DNA of 64,000 nt from an uncultured Nitrospinota bacterium (GTDB lineage: Bacteria; Nitrospinota; Nitrospinia; CAJXCL01), in the NCBI GenBank assembly GCA_964394335.1, contig CAYMVZ010000001.1:7360-71359 (forward strand), read 5' to 3'. Positions 1 through 10,720 of this stretch are shown here, piece by piece (position 1 is the stretch's first letter; the number at the start of each line of letters is the position of its first letter). A program made the translations under genes and the position numbers. The notes under the pieces were generated by a model. It worked only from the letters and a program-made list of their open reading frames with translations, was not told where the DNA came from and searched no databases.

Positions 1-15
1 ATTATTTATTTTGGA

Positions 16-1281
16 TTGGCCTTATTAGGCATTGTTTACCTTTATAAGCAAAACAGGAAAGTTTTTTATTTTATCATTTCTTTATTAGTTTTTCCTTTGC
101 TTTCCGGACAGCTTGTTTTGGCTAATTATCAAGCGAGGTATTATTCATTCGTCCTCCCGTTTTACTTAATCCTAATATCCTGTGGATTTTTTCAACTGTT
201 TGTGTTATTTCGACTGAAATTCAAATATATCTATCCACTTTTTACTGGAATTTTGTTGTTTGGCTACTTACTACAGGCTCGCGGGGCATGGTCTGAAGAT
301 TTTTTGCTCTCTTTAGTAGGTTTGCCGGACTTAAAAAGAGTCAATAAATATGTCAGCAAGAGAATTAAAGAAGGTGATATAGTATTAAATTGTTCTTATA
401 TTGTAAAATTGTCCTCAGAAAAAGTATCTCTCCCCTATGGAAACAGCATTCAAACTTACTTTAAGAACTATTACAAGAATCACCGGCTTTCTTTTCTGGT
501 TGATAAAAATAATAGGTTTGGCATTTGGTTTGTCACTATAAAACCTCTTAATTTATCTAAAAATTTGCCTTTCTACTTCCCACTTGGTTTCAAGCCCGAA
601 CTAATACATAAAATTGGGACAGCATATATATATTTTGGAAAAGTGGATTTTTCTTTGCCTGAAAACAAAAGAGAAGCATTAAGTTCTCCTTTTTGGCATT
701 TTGTTAAAGCTAATAGATTAAATAAAAATGGTAAGTTAGACGAAGCAATACCCTATTATAAAATGTTTATAAAAGCGAATAAAAATAAAGAAAGAGCATT
801 TAATAATTTAGGTGTAATTTTTGCTCTAAAAGGAAATATAGATAAAGCAATTTATTATTTTAATAAAACGATTCAAGTAATTGAAGCTGATGAAAATTTT
901 CAAAGGGGTTCTAATGTAAAATTTATCAACACTCCAACAAACATCAAAGGTGGGACGGCTAAACTAAAATATATTGTTGATAAAAAAAATGGCAAAAGGT
1001 TTCTTTCGAAGCATGAACTAATGATATATATGCCACATTTAAACTCCGCACCTTATTTCAATTTAGGTTTTACGTATCTGATTAAATATAGTTTGACAGC
1101 AGATTTAAAATATTTAAATGCTGGCAAAAAATATCTTAAGCTGGCAAATTATTATTATCCAAATCGTGAAGAAGAAATCAATGAGACCTTAAAGAGAATT
1201 TTAAACCCAGTAAATATTTCTAAATATAAAGCAGCGCCATTAATAATTCAAAATTTATTAGGGATAGCAGACCCCTTTTAG
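16..1281 (+). CDS. Integral membrane protein with C-terminal TPR repeats (GT-C/PMT-like glycosyltransferase C-terminal region?). The ORF is open to the window edge, so it is probably 5'-partial.
   Basis: Hydrophobic N-terminal segments. TPR-like repeats, e.g. AIPYYKMFIKANKNKERAFNNLGVIFALKGNIDKAIYYFNKTIQ. Confidence 0.4.
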   Translation: MALLGIVYLYKQNRKVFYFIISLLVFPLLSGQLVLANYQARYYSFVLPFYLILISCGFFQLFVLFRLKFKYIYPLFTGILLFGYLLQARGAWSEDFLLSLVGLPDLKRVNKYVSKRIKEGDIVLNCSYIVKLSSEKVSLPYGNSIQTYFKNYYKNHRLSFLVDKNNRFGIWFVTIKPLNLSKNLPFYFPLGFKPELIHKIGTAYIYFGKVDFSLPENKREALSSPFWHFVKANRLNKNGKLDEAIPYYKMFIKANKNKERAFNNLGVIFALKGNIDKAIYYFNKTIQVIEADENFQRGSNVKFINTPTNIKGGTAKLKYIVDKKNGKRFLSKHELMIYMPHLNSAPYFNLGFTYLIKYSLTADLKYLNAGKKYLKLANYYYPNREEEINETLKRILNPVNISKYKAAPLIIQNLLGIADPF

Positions 1282-1312
1282 TATACCATTTTATGCAAAT
1301 AGCATTGTCTTT

Positions 1313-3415
1313 ATGAAATTTACAAAAAGTATTTTAAAATACTCTTTTTTTATCGTAATCTTGCTGTTTGGTTCGTTAGAAAATGCTCAAGCGTATATTG
1401 GGCCGGGAGCGGGCTTTGCTTTTATATCTTCCTTTTTTATTCTTTTCATCACATTTTGTTTAGCGGTATTTTACTTTATTACCTGGCCTTTTCGGTTTGC
1501 TTTTAAAGCGTCAGTCCGGAAGATAAGACAAAATAAAGTAAAAAGCGAAATCAAGCAAGTGGTGGTTGTCGGTTTAGATGGCATGGATCCTAAACTGACA
1601 AAAAAGTTTATGGAAAAGGGGAAACTTCCAACTTTCCAGAGATTAAAGGAAGAGGGAACATTTCTTCCCTTGTCTTCAAGTAATCCGCCAATTTCTCCTG
1701 TTGCCTGGTCTTCATTTATGACAGGAGTTGACCCTTCTTACCATAACATCTTTGATTTCTTCACGCGGAACCCACTTACTTATTTACCCATGCTCTCTTC
1801 CGCTGAGATAGGAACAGCTTCAAAAGTTGTTCCTCTTGGTAAGTATAACATTCCTCTTGGAAAGCCAAGGGTGAAACTTTTAAGAAAGAGTAAGCCCTTT
1901 TGGACAATCCTGGGTGAATACGGTGTTTTCAGTTCTGTTATTCGTGTTCCGATTACTTTTCCGCCGGAAAAGTTTCATGGTGTACTCTTATCCGGGATGT
2001 GCGTACCGGATTTGAAAGGATCTCAAGGTATGTTTTCTTTTTATACTACGAACGGAACATATGTGAAAAATGAAACAGGAGGCGCACGTCACCCTGTTAC
2101 ACTGAAAGATAATACGATTGATACCTATGTCTCTGGACCTAATAATTTTCTTCTTAAGGAGGGAGACGAGCTAAAAGTTCCGCTTTCCATAAAAATTAGT
2201 AAAGATAATAAAAAGGCTGAAATCAATATTTGCCGCCAGAGTTTTGAGTTAGAACCTGAAACCTATTCACCCTGGATCAAAATAACTTTCCGTCCTGGTC
2301 TGGGAATGAAAATCACTGGAATTTGCCGTTTTTATATAAAGAGTTTAACTCCGAATTTTGAACTTTATGTTTCACCCATTAACATTGATCCTGAAAAACC
2401 TGCCCTCCCGATATCGCATCCATTTATTTACGCTACGTATCTTTCTAAACTGACAGGATGTTATGGCACTCTAGGACTTTCTGAAGACACATGGGCGCTG
2501 AATGAAGGCGTTATTGATGAAAATAGTTTTTTAAAACAGACCGATCTCCTTTATGAGGAGCGTGAAAATATGTTCTTTAAAGTATTAGACAGGTCTCCAA
2601 AAGGGTTTTGTGTCTGTGTGTTTGATACTTTAGATCGCGTTCAGCATATGTTCTTCCGCTGTCTTGATAAAAACCATCCTGCAAACAATGGAAAGGAAAC
2701 AAAAAAATATGAAAATGTAATTGAGGATTATTATGTTCGAACGGACAAACTTCTTCAAAGGGTTTTAGAAAAGACGGACGATAAAACTGTTGTTATGGTT
2801 ATGTCCGACCATGGGTTTACTCAGTTTAAAAGAGGGGTTAACCTTAACACATGGTTTTTTCAAAACGGATATCTCGCTCTCAAAGATGGTAAAACCATAA
2901 GCAGAGATTGGTTTATGGATGTCGACTGGAAAAAAACCAGGGCGTTCTCTCTTGCCCTGGCAGGGATTTTTATAAATAGAAAGGGAAGGGAATCGCATGG
3001 AATTGTTAACGATGGAGATGAACTGCAAAACTTAAAACAGGAGTTAATACAAAAACTATCAGGATTTATAGATGAAGATGCAGGAAAAACAGCAATCCGG
3101 GAAATTAGAGACACGGAAAGCATATATTCCGGGCCTTACACCGCTGACGCACCCGACCTTTTAGTTGGTTATAACGCAGGTTACAGAACTTCATGGGCAT
3201 GTGCTACCGGGCAGGTGACAGAATCGGTGTTTGAAGATAACACCAGACACTGGAGTGGAGACCACGCTGTTGACCCGAAAATTGTTCCTGGTGTACTTTT
3301 TGTAAATAAAAAAATTAATACACGATCCCCAGACATAAAAAACATCGCACCCACTATAATAAAGTTGTTTGGTATCCCCATTCCCTCCTATATGAAAGGA
3401 AAGCCTTTTATTTAG
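1313..3415 (+). CDS. Membrane-anchored alkaline-phosphatase-superfamily enzyme, type I phosphodiesterase / nucleotide pyrophosphatase-like.
   Basis: N-terminal signal/TM segment. VVVGLDGMDP metal-binding start of the alkaline-phosphatase fold. Nucleophile-region pattern SSSNPPISPVAWSSFMTG. Paralog of 7011..8990. Confidence 0.6.
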   Translation: MKFTKSILKYSFFIVILLFGSLENAQAYIGPGAGFAFISSFFILFITFCLAVFYFITWPFRFAFKASVRKIRQNKVKSEIKQVVVVGLDGMDPKLTKKFMEKGKLPTFQRLKEEGTFLPLSSSNPPISPVAWSSFMTGVDPSYHNIFDFFTRNPLTYLPMLSSAEIGTASKVVPLGKYNIPLGKPRVKLLRKSKPFWTILGEYGVFSSVIRVPITFPPEKFHGVLLSGMCVPDLKGSQGMFSFYTTNGTYVKNETGGARHPVTLKDNTIDTYVSGPNNFLLKEGDELKVPLSIKISKDNKKAEINICRQSFELEPETYSPWIKITFRPGLGMKITGICRFYIKSLTPNFELYVSPINIDPEKPALPISHPFIYATYLSKLTGCYGTLGLSEDTWALNEGVIDENSFLKQTDLLYEERENMFFKVLDRSPKGFCVCVFDTLDRVQHMFFRCLDKNHPANNGKETKKYENVIEDYYVRTDKLLQRVLEKTDDKTVVMVMSDHGFTQFKRGVNLNTWFFQNGYLALKDGKTISRDWFMDVDWKKTRAFSLALAGIFINRKGRESHGIVNDGDELQNLKQELIQKLSGFIDEDAGKTAIREIRDTESIYSGPYTADAPDLLVGYNAGYRTSWACATGQVTESVFEDNTRHWSGDHAVDPKIVPGVLFVNKKINTRSPDIKNIAPTIIKLFGIPIPSYMKGKPFI

Positions 3416-3609
3416 TAAACGCAATAGATAAGTTGACAATGTTAAAAAACAGATTCCCGCGGGAATGACAGGAAAGAACGCATAAATGACATAAAAATTT
3501 GAGAGGTTTTTTTTGGAGTAAAAGTACAGTAAAAAATTATTTAAAAAACTTTCACAATTTTTAATTTTAGCAATTGATTTATATTCTATTAAATTAGAAG
3601 GAGAGTAAA

Positions 3610-6600
3610 ATGTACTATGATTTTAAAAAAATATTGTTATTAATTTGTCTTACCTTTTTGATTATTCAAAATGGTTGCACGAAAGATAATAATGATTTTT
3701 CTCATTATGATTTTGTTAGAAATATAGAAAAAGCAAATATTCATATTTCTACGAAAAATGAGAACTTTTCTGCTATAGAAATGGAAACAGGAATATTTGA
3801 ATCATTAGATCAGCAGAATGTTTCAGAAAACGGTCAGGATGATTGGCAAGCCATTAAAACTGAGACAACAGAGACACTTATACAATATTCGAGAAGGAGT
3901 CAAAATACAAACAGCATTTTATCATTAGATCCACTTCAAATAAATGATGGGATCATCAGTGCGGAGATCAAATTTGATGCTTCACCCGCAGAAAATATTA
4001 AAACCAAAACAGAAAGAACGCTTGACACTTTGCTTGAATATAATAGTTTTAATAACCTGGAGGATGTTGTGACCAGCAATATTAAAGCTGTTCATGGAAA
4101 CTGGTTTCACATAGAAGATTTTCTTGTGGAAAATTCACTCCCCGAAGAAAAGTATTTTACTGAGGTAAAGAGTCTTTCAAAAAATGCCAAATACTTACTA
4201 TTTGAATTGGAACCCTTTTTTGAAGGAATAATGCAGACTGAAATTAATTTAGGAAAAGAATATTCTGAAGGAGGTGTTTTTATTTCTTTTTCGGAAAGCG
4301 GACAGGAGGGATATTTTATCACCATAGATTTCAATGGTTTTGTTATTCTTTCAGATACTAAGGGAGAAGAAGGAAGAAGATATATTACTCATTCAAAAAT
4401 CCCAGAGGAAGTCTTTAAATTAATCAGAAAAGATTCTTGGATTAATTTTACAGCTGTTTTTTATAAAGATTATCTTCTTGTGTACATAAAAGGTTTGTCC
4501 GCTAAATATGTTAAAATATTTACTCTTTTTGATGCATTAGGACACCATCTTACCCGCCAAAACAGGCCAGCGCTTTTTGGATTAGCCAAAGGCAATGGTC
4601 ATATTGTTAGATTTAGAAATATAAAATTTAAAAAAAAGGTTGATTTTCCCAAAACCTTTGAAAACCCTTTACCAGAAGCAGGAGTAGTCTTTAGATACTC
4701 GGAAGGTTCTGGATATGGTATTGCGTTAAATATGGATGGTTCCCTGTCGATTTTTACATTAAATAACGGGCTGGCAGATAGGGAAATCACAAAAAAGATT
4801 CTTGGGGAAAAACTGGATTATGATAAATGGTATTCCCTAAAAATGTTAATTTGGAAAAACTATGTTGCAGTTTTTTTGGAAAGAAAGTTTAAATTCATAG
4901 TTTCACTGGAAAGTAATGATTTAAATGGTAAAAGATTAGGGCTATATGCAAATAATTTAAAGAATGCCTCTTTTAAAAATTATTCTTTTACTAAAAATAT
5001 AAGCTTTCGATCATTAAGCGAAATGAGAAAATCAATTGGAATGATTGAGAAGGAAAATCTATATCTCGATTTTAATGAGGGCCATAAAAATACTGATTTT
5101 CGTTTAAACCCAAGGTTTAATAAATTTGTCAAAAAAGTAAAGTTAAATAGTGACACTCGGAAAGCTTTATATTTACCTTATCCAGGTTCTTTCTCTTACG
5201 ACATCAATATTCCTCCAAATGGCATATTGATATTTAGTTATGCTTTGGCGCCTCAGATATTGGATAAAGAAGGTTATTCTCATCTTTTTGAAGTATTAAT
5301 TGAGGGAGAAAATGGTAGAGCAAAAAAAATATTTAACAAGGAATTGAACCCCATGGATGCTTTAGATAAAGGATGGCACAATGAGAGAATAGATTTATCT
5401 GAGTATGCAGGGGCAAAAGTAAAAATAATGTTTCAAAATGAGAGAACCCAAAAAGATGGAGGAGTATTTTTAAAAAACTTTGCTTTTTGGGGCAATCCCG
5501 TAATTTTTAAGCCTAAAAAAGATAATGATATTAACGTCATTTTGATTTCAATTGATACATTAAGAGCAGACCATTTGAGCTCCTACGGCTACTCAAAAAT
5601 TACCAGTCCATTTATTGATAAATTGGCTAGCCATGGAACCCTTTTTAAAAATGCTATAAGTCAGGCGCCATGGACGCGGCCGTCTCATATGTCTATTTTC
5701 ACGTCTCTTTTTGCTTCCTCTCATGGAATAGGCTTGGAATATGAGCGCAAATATAAAAATCATAAAGAAAGATTACCCGAAATCATTGAAACTTTGCCGG
5801 AAAGATTGAAAGATAATGGATATTTTACTGCAAGCTTTAATGGCGGTGGACATATTAGCTCTGATTATGGTTTCTCGCAAGGGTTTTATACTTACAACGA
5901 ACAATGGCCTCATATTAATGAATCGTACGAGCCTTTATCAAGATGGATACGGGAAAACCATGATATGAAATTCTTTTTGTTTTTTCATGCTTTTGATGTT
6001 CATGATTATGATGAGAATCATGAAGTGGGAACATTTAAGGATATTATTTCTCCAAAAGATCATAAGCTGTATATAATAGACAAGTATGACTCCTCGATTA
6101 AATATACTGACAAATTTGTTCGATTGCTGGTAAATGATTTGCAGGAATTGAATCTGCTGGATAACACCTTAATTGTGTTTACGAGTGATCATGGGGAAGA
6201 GTTTTGGGATCATAAAAAGTTTGAGCATCCATTTAACGGTCATTCCAGGTATTTATATAAATCTTTAATAAACATTCCTCTTATTTTTTACTTACCGGGT
6301 AAAATTCCACAGAACAAAATAATTGATGAAAAAGCAATGTTGATTGATATTTACCCTACCATACTTGATATTTTAAAAATAACAATACCGAAACATACCC
6401 AGGGAATAAGCTTGCTACCGCTAATTAATGGAGATGTTTCATCTTATCAAAAGAAGCGGCCTTATGCATTTAGTGAGGAACACTTTGTAAGAGATCGGAT
6501 TGCAGTTATGTCCAACAAATATAAATTTATTTTAAGAAAAGAAGCGAATAAAGAAACTTTATCTTCCGGTAATTATAGAAAATGGAAGGTTTCAAATTTA

Positions 6601-6828
6601 GCAAAAGAAAAGCAGAGTCTTTTGTTTAACGTTAAATTAGATCCGGCAGAACAAAATAATATTATTGCAGAAAACAGGGATATTGAAAAACAAATGCTTG
6701 AAGAAATAGAACTATTGGAGCAAGGAGGCAGAATAAATTACATGAAATTTCATAACAAGAATACTGGTAAATTAAAAATAGATAAAGATACAGAAAATAG
6801 GTTGCGAGCGCTAGGGTATATAAATTAG
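3610..6828 (+). CDS. Large lipoprotein (1072 aa): tandem beta-sandwich/lectin-like domains followed by a C-terminal alkaline-phosphatase-superfamily (sulfatase/phosphotransferase-like) domain.
   Basis: Lipobox LIIQNGC. C-terminal ILISIDTLRADHLSSYGY...TSDHGEEF, typical of PF00884-like domains. The canonical sulfatase C/S-x-P-x-R motif is not obvious. Confidence 0.6.
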   Translation: MYYDFKKILLLICLTFLIIQNGCTKDNNDFSHYDFVRNIEKANIHISTKNENFSAIEMETGIFESLDQQNVSENGQDDWQAIKTETTETLIQYSRRSQNTNSILSLDPLQINDGIISAEIKFDASPAENIKTKTERTLDTLLEYNSFNNLEDVVTSNIKAVHGNWFHIEDFLVENSLPEEKYFTEVKSLSKNAKYLLFELEPFFEGIMQTEINLGKEYSEGGVFISFSESGQEGYFITIDFNGFVILSDTKGEEGRRYITHSKIPEEVFKLIRKDSWINFTAVFYKDYLLVYIKGLSAKYVKIFTLFDALGHHLTRQNRPALFGLAKGNGHIVRFRNIKFKKKVDFPKTFENPLPEAGVVFRYSEGSGYGIALNMDGSLSIFTLNNGLADREITKKILGEKLDYDKWYSLKMLIWKNYVAVFLERKFKFIVSLESNDLNGKRLGLYANNLKNASFKNYSFTKNISFRSLSEMRKSIGMIEKENLYLDFNEGHKNTDFRLNPRFNKFVKKVKLNSDTRKALYLPYPGSFSYDINIPPNGILIFSYALAPQILDKEGYSHLFEVLIEGENGRAKKIFNKELNPMDALDKGWHNERIDLSEYAGAKVKIMFQNERTQKDGGVFLKNFAFWGNPVIFKPKKDNDINVILISIDTLRADHLSSYGYSKITSPFIDKLASHGTLFKNAISQAPWTRPSHMSIFTSLFASSHGIGLEYERKYKNHKERLPEIIETLPERLKDNGYFTASFNGGGHISSDYGFSQGFYTYNEQWPHINESYEPLSRWIRENHDMKFFLFFHAFDVHDYDENHEVGTFKDIISPKDHKLYIIDKYDSSIKYTDKFVRLLVNDLQELNLLDNTLIVFTSDHGEEFWDHKKFEHPFNGHSRYLYKSLINIPLIFYLPGKIPQNKIIDEKAMLIDIYPTILDILKITIPKHTQGISLLPLINGDVSSYQKKRPYAFSEEHFVRDRIAVMSNKYKFILRKEANKETLSSGNYRKWKVSNLAKEKQSLLFNVKLDPAEQNNIIAENRDIEKQMLEEIELLEQGGRINYMKFHNKNTGKLKIDKDTENRLRALGYIN

Positions 6829-7010
6829 TTCTTCATTTTTTCACCATAGTAATTTGTTTTTTTAGGCTTGCCTTGAGTTGTTGCAAAATGCGCCTGAATT
6901 GCCATAGCTTATCTCAGGTGGTTGCTATAAGCAACGCCGGGAGGAGCTCCATAGTTGGCTTCTTTTTAGGAATAATAATTACTTGAGTCGCAGTTTCTAT
7001 AATTATAGGT

Positions 7011-8990
7011 TTGATGAAGAAAAAAAACATTTTTGAAAATTTGAACTGGAAAATATTAGCGTTGATAGTGTTTGTAATATCACTTGGCTATTATGGTTTT
7101 AGTGAAAGCGCTTTTAAGAATGTTCAAAAAAAAGTACTGGTAATCGGTTTTGACGGAATGGACCCTAAACTTCTTGAACGCCTGGTTCAGGAGGGGAAAA
7201 TGCCGAATTTCGAACGCCTGATGAAAGCAGGTGACTTCAAACCTCTTAAGACAAGCATACCACCGCAAAGCCCTGTAGCCTGGTCTAATTTTATAACAGG
7301 AATGAACCCGGGCGGGCACGGTATTTTTGACTTTATCCATAGAGAAATTAAGACTATGATTCCTTATCTTTCGACTTCAAAAACAGAGGACGCAAAAAAA
7401 AAGATTACCATAGGAGACTGGGTAATACCTCTTTCAAGCGGAAAAGTCACGTTATTGAGACATGGGAAAGCTTTTTGGGAAGTTTTGGAAGATTATGGAG
7501 TGCCAACTACAATTTTTCGAGCTCCGGCAAATTTTCCGCCAATAAATGTTCCGGTGAATCAACTTTCCGGCATGGGAACTCCTGATATCCAGGGAACTTA
7601 TGGAACATTTTCTTTTTATACTGATGGAGACACAGGTGAATTTGAAGACGTTTCCGGGGGCAAGGTTTTCCCCGTCAGGGTAATGAATGATAAGGTTGAA
7701 GCCAAAATATTTGGTCCACAAAACGTATTCAAAAAAAGTAAACCGCAAACCTTTATTGATTTTTCAGTTTATTTAGATCCGGAAAATCCTGTGGCCAAAA
7801 TCACTGTTCAGGATCATCAAATTCTACTTAAAGAAGGGGAATGGAGTGATTGGGTTGCGTTGGACTTTGAACTTATTCCTTTTTTGGAAAGTGTGAGAGG
7901 CATCTGCCGTTTTTATTTAAAAGAGGTTCATCCGGATTTTAAATTATATATCACGCCGATTAATATTGATCCTTCTTCTCCGGCAATGCCCATTTCAACA
8001 CCTGTTAATTACTCGGAGGAACTGTACGAAGAAATAGGCTATTTTTATACCCAGGGAATACCGGAGGATACAAAAGCATTAACGGAAAAAATCTTTGATG
8101 ACAGCGAGTTTCTTCAACAGGCTAAAATTGTTTTTAACGAAGAACTGGACATGTTCGATCATGAGTTAAGCCGGTTTAAAAAAGGTGTCCTGTTTTTTTA
8201 TTTCGGACGAGTGGATCAACTGTCACACATGTTCTGGCGGACTATGGATTTAGATCATCCGGCTCATGAACCAGCGACTGAACATCGCATGGTAATTGAA
8301 AATATATATCTGGAAGCAGATGCTGTCCTTAAAAAAGCTCTTAATATACTGGATAGCAATACCACTATCATTGTTCTATCCGATCATGGTTTTGCGCCAT
8401 TTTACAGGAGCTTCAATCTCAACACATGGCTTAAAAATGAGGGATATGTTTCGCTTGTTAATGATTTGGCGGGAGGTTTTTTGCAGAATGTCGACTGGTC
8501 TCAAACCCGTGCATACGGCATGGGATTTAACGGGTTATATTTGAATCTTGAAGGGCGGGAAGGAAATGGTATAGTGCAACCCGGAGTTGAGAAGAATGCG
8601 CTAATGGAGGAAATATCGAAAAAATTGCTTGCCATTCGTGATTTGGAAACAGGGAAACAGGTAATTTCCAGGGTTTACAGAGCTGAGGAGATATATAAAG
8701 GGCAATATGTAAAAGAAGCCCCTGATCTTATTATTGGCTACAATAAAGGTTTCCGCGCATCTACTGAAACAGTGTTAGGCAAATTTCCTAAGGGACTTTT
8801 AAAAGATAATGTCGATAAATGGAGCGGTGATCATTTAATTGAAGCTAAATTTGTGCCGGGGATTCTTCTTTCTAATAAGAAAATCCAATCTGCTAATCCG
8901 GCTTTATATGATATTGCGCCGACAATATTAGCTGAGTTTGGTATTCCTAAACAGGAGTGGATGGTTGGAAAGAGGGTATTTAACAATTAG
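7011..8990 (+). CDS. Membrane-anchored alkaline-phosphatase-superfamily enzyme (phosphodiesterase / nucleotide pyrophosphatase-like); paralog of 1313..3415.
   Basis: VLVIGFDGMDPKLLERL, TSIPPQSPVAWSNFITG, LSDHGF. Collinear similarity to ORF 1313..3415 along the whole length. Confidence 0.6.
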   Translation: MMKKKNIFENLNWKILALIVFVISLGYYGFSESAFKNVQKKVLVIGFDGMDPKLLERLVQEGKMPNFERLMKAGDFKPLKTSIPPQSPVAWSNFITGMNPGGHGIFDFIHREIKTMIPYLSTSKTEDAKKKITIGDWVIPLSSGKVTLLRHGKAFWEVLEDYGVPTTIFRAPANFPPINVPVNQLSGMGTPDIQGTYGTFSFYTDGDTGEFEDVSGGKVFPVRVMNDKVEAKIFGPQNVFKKSKPQTFIDFSVYLDPENPVAKITVQDHQILLKEGEWSDWVALDFELIPFLESVRGICRFYLKEVHPDFKLYITPINIDPSSPAMPISTPVNYSEELYEEIGYFYTQGIPEDTKALTEKIFDDSEFLQQAKIVFNEELDMFDHELSRFKKGVLFFYFGRVDQLSHMFWRTMDLDHPAHEPATEHRMVIENIYLEADAVLKKALNILDSNTTIIVLSDHGFAPFYRSFNLNTWLKNEGYVSLVNDLAGGFLQNVDWSQTRAYGMGFNGLYLNLEGREGNGIVQPGVEKNALMEEISKKLLAIRDLETGKQVISRVYRAEEIYKGQYVKEAPDLIIGYNKGFRASTETVLGKFPKGLLKDNVDKWSGDHLIEAKFVPGILLSNKKIQSANPALYDIAPTILAEFGIPKQEWMVGKRVFNN

Positions 8991-8993
8991 CAA

Positions 8994-9233
8994 TTGGAAA
9001 AACAAGAAATAAAGGTAAGTAAGAGGGAGGTAGTAAAAATGTTTGGAAATAAAATCAAATTAGATGCAGATTTGCTGGAAAGATGTAAACAGGTCGCTGA
9101 AAAAAGAGGGTACAGCTCTGTAGAAGAGTTTATTGCCCATATTCTGGAAAAAGAGCTGAGAGGCAAAGAAACTACTTCTGATGAAGATGAAGAGGAGATT
9201 TCAAAGCGACTCAAGGGGCTTGGTTATCTTTAA
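8994..9233 (+). CDS. Small ribbon-helix-helix (CopG/Arc/ParD-like) protein with an acidic C-terminus.
   Basis: KIKLDADLLERCKQVAEKRGYSSVEEFIAHILEKEL fits an RHH beta-alpha-alpha pattern. Start overlaps the upstream stop. Confidence 0.35.
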   Translation: MEKQEIKVSKREVVKMFGNKIKLDADLLERCKQVAEKRGYSSVEEFIAHILEKELRGKETTSDEDEEEISKRLKGLGYL

Positions 9234-10061
9234 ATGTATTATTTCAATTTTATCTTAAATAAGTTTTTTTCTATCTTGTTTCTCCCTTTTCAATCTCTTG
9301 CTCCTTTTTGGCCTTTGTTTTTTATTTCTGTGTTGACAGGAATCCTTATGCTTTTGGGATTTAGGTATACCTCCCATCAGGACAAGATAAGAAAAGAAAA
9401 GGAAAAAATAAAAGCGCACTTGATGGAAATGCGTATTTTTAAAGATGACCTGGCTATTCTGATGTCCGCGTTCATGAACGTACTGCTTTATAACGCAAAA
9501 TATATAAAACATCTTATAAGACCCATGCTTTTTTTAATCCTTCCAATGGTCTTTATGCTAATTCACCTGAATTTCTGGTTTGGCTACCGACCGCTGAAGA
9601 TGGAAGAAGCCGCTATTTTGTCAGTTAAATTGTCAGAGAAAGAAACCGATAGTTTATCAAACGTGGAAATCGAAGTAGATGATGGAATATTCATAGAAAC
9701 TCCGCCTCTCAGGATTTCAGAAACAAGAGAAGTAAATTGGAGGATCAGGGTAAAAGAGCCGGGTGTGCATACCGTAAAAATTAAAACATCGGGTGTTACA
9801 TTTCAAAAAAAAATTATTGCCTCAGAAAAACAATTTAAACCGGTGTCGCCCCGTAAAGTAGTTTCAAACTTCTGGGACATTCTTTTAAATCCGGGCGAAA
9901 AGCCTTTTAGCAAAAATTCATTGGTAAAAGAAATAGCGATAAATTATCCATCCAATAAAATTGGATTTTTTGGATGGAAGACGCACTGGCTCATATTGTT
10001 TTTTGTCTCATCAATCGTCACGGGATTTGCGTTTAAGGGATTTTTTGATGTTGAGATATAG
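9234..10061 (+). CDS. Hypothetical multi-pass membrane protein.
   Basis: Several hydrophobic helices. No recognisable motif. Confidence 0.4.
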   Translation: MYYFNFILNKFFSILFLPFQSLAPFWPLFFISVLTGILMLLGFRYTSHQDKIRKEKEKIKAHLMEMRIFKDDLAILMSAFMNVLLYNAKYIKHLIRPMLFLILPMVFMLIHLNFWFGYRPLKMEEAAILSVKLSEKETDSLSNVEIEVDDGIFIETPPLRISETREVNWRIRVKEPGVHTVKIKTSGVTFQKKIIASEKQFKPVSPRKVVSNFWDILLNPGEKPFSKNSLVKEIAINYPSNKIGFFGWKTHWLILFFVSSIVTGFAFKGFFDVEI

Positions 10062-10115
10062 TGCGAGGAATAGGGATATTGGTATTTACTTAATGCAATA
10101 AACCTGCAATTAGCC

Positions 10116-10144
10116 TTGACAGCTCTATCCCGCCTTGTTAGTAT
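10116..10144 (+). promoter_or_regulatory. Sigma70-type promoter upstream of rpmH.
   Basis: TTGACA, 17 nt spacer, TAGTAT; about 90 nt upstream of the rpmH start. Confidence 0.5.
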
Positions 10145-10235
10145 GAAAATTGCGGTTTCGAGGAGATTCACTGAGAGTTTATTAGACCGTTTTTATCAAT
10201 TTGATTAATCTGGCTTTTTTTATCAGGAGATTTTT

Positions 10236-10370
10236 TTGAAAAGAACCTATCAGCCAAGCGTTATTAAGCGGAAAAGAACTCACGGATTTATGGCGCGAAT
10301 GAGTTCCACAGGGGGTAGAGCAGTCCTGCGAAGGAGGAGAGCAAGAGGCAGAAAAAGATTAGCTGTTTGA
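10236..10370 (+). CDS. rpmH: 50S ribosomal protein L34. TTG start; not in the ATG-based ORF track.
   Basis: Translation [47 protein letters not shown] at 10368-10370 overlaps the rnpA start. Confidence 0.9.
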   Translation: MKRTYQPSVIKRKRTHGFMARMSSTGGRAVLRRRRARGRKRLAV

Positions 10371-10720
10371 AATTGAAAAATAATCGTTTTTCCAGACATG
10401 AAAGACTTAAAACCTCATCTGAGTTTAAGCGGATAAAAAAAAAGATACATCTGCGCTTCAATCAAGGTCCCCTCAAAATATACATCCTCAAGCAGAGCTT
10501 GGAATATTCCCGGATTGGTATCATCGTTTACAAAAAAGCCGGCAAAGCGTTTTATAGAAATAAAATAAAAAGATGGGTGCGTGAGCTTTTCAGGAATAGC
10601 AAAAATGATTTTGAGGAGATGAGAGATATTCTGTTTGTTGTTGGTCAAGGTACAGAATTAGTTGACTTCACGTTTTTGCGGGAATCTTTTTTGACTGCTT
10701 TGCAGAAAAACCGGGAATAA
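10367..10720 (+). CDS. rnpA: RNase P protein component.
   Basis: Position after rpmH. Basic 117 aa protein. TTG start overlapping the rpmH stop (TTGA). Confidence 0.85.
   Translation: MKLKNNRFSRHERLKTSSEFKRIKKKIHLRFNQGPLKIYILKQSLEYSRIGIIVYKKAGKAFYRNKIKRWVRELFRNSKNDFEEMRDILFVVGQGTELVDFTFLRESFLTALQKNRE

Noticed and set aside
3610-6828. Calling the large lipoprotein a true arylsulfatase.
   Set aside because: The C/S-x-P-x-R formylglycine motif is not evident; the nucleophile region resembles phosphotransferase / phosphodiesterase members of the superfamily.
1313-8990. BREX PglZ-like phosphatases.
   Set aside because: No methyltransferase, ATPase or BrxA/B/L partners are present; the proteins have signal/TM anchors, consistent with envelope enzymes.
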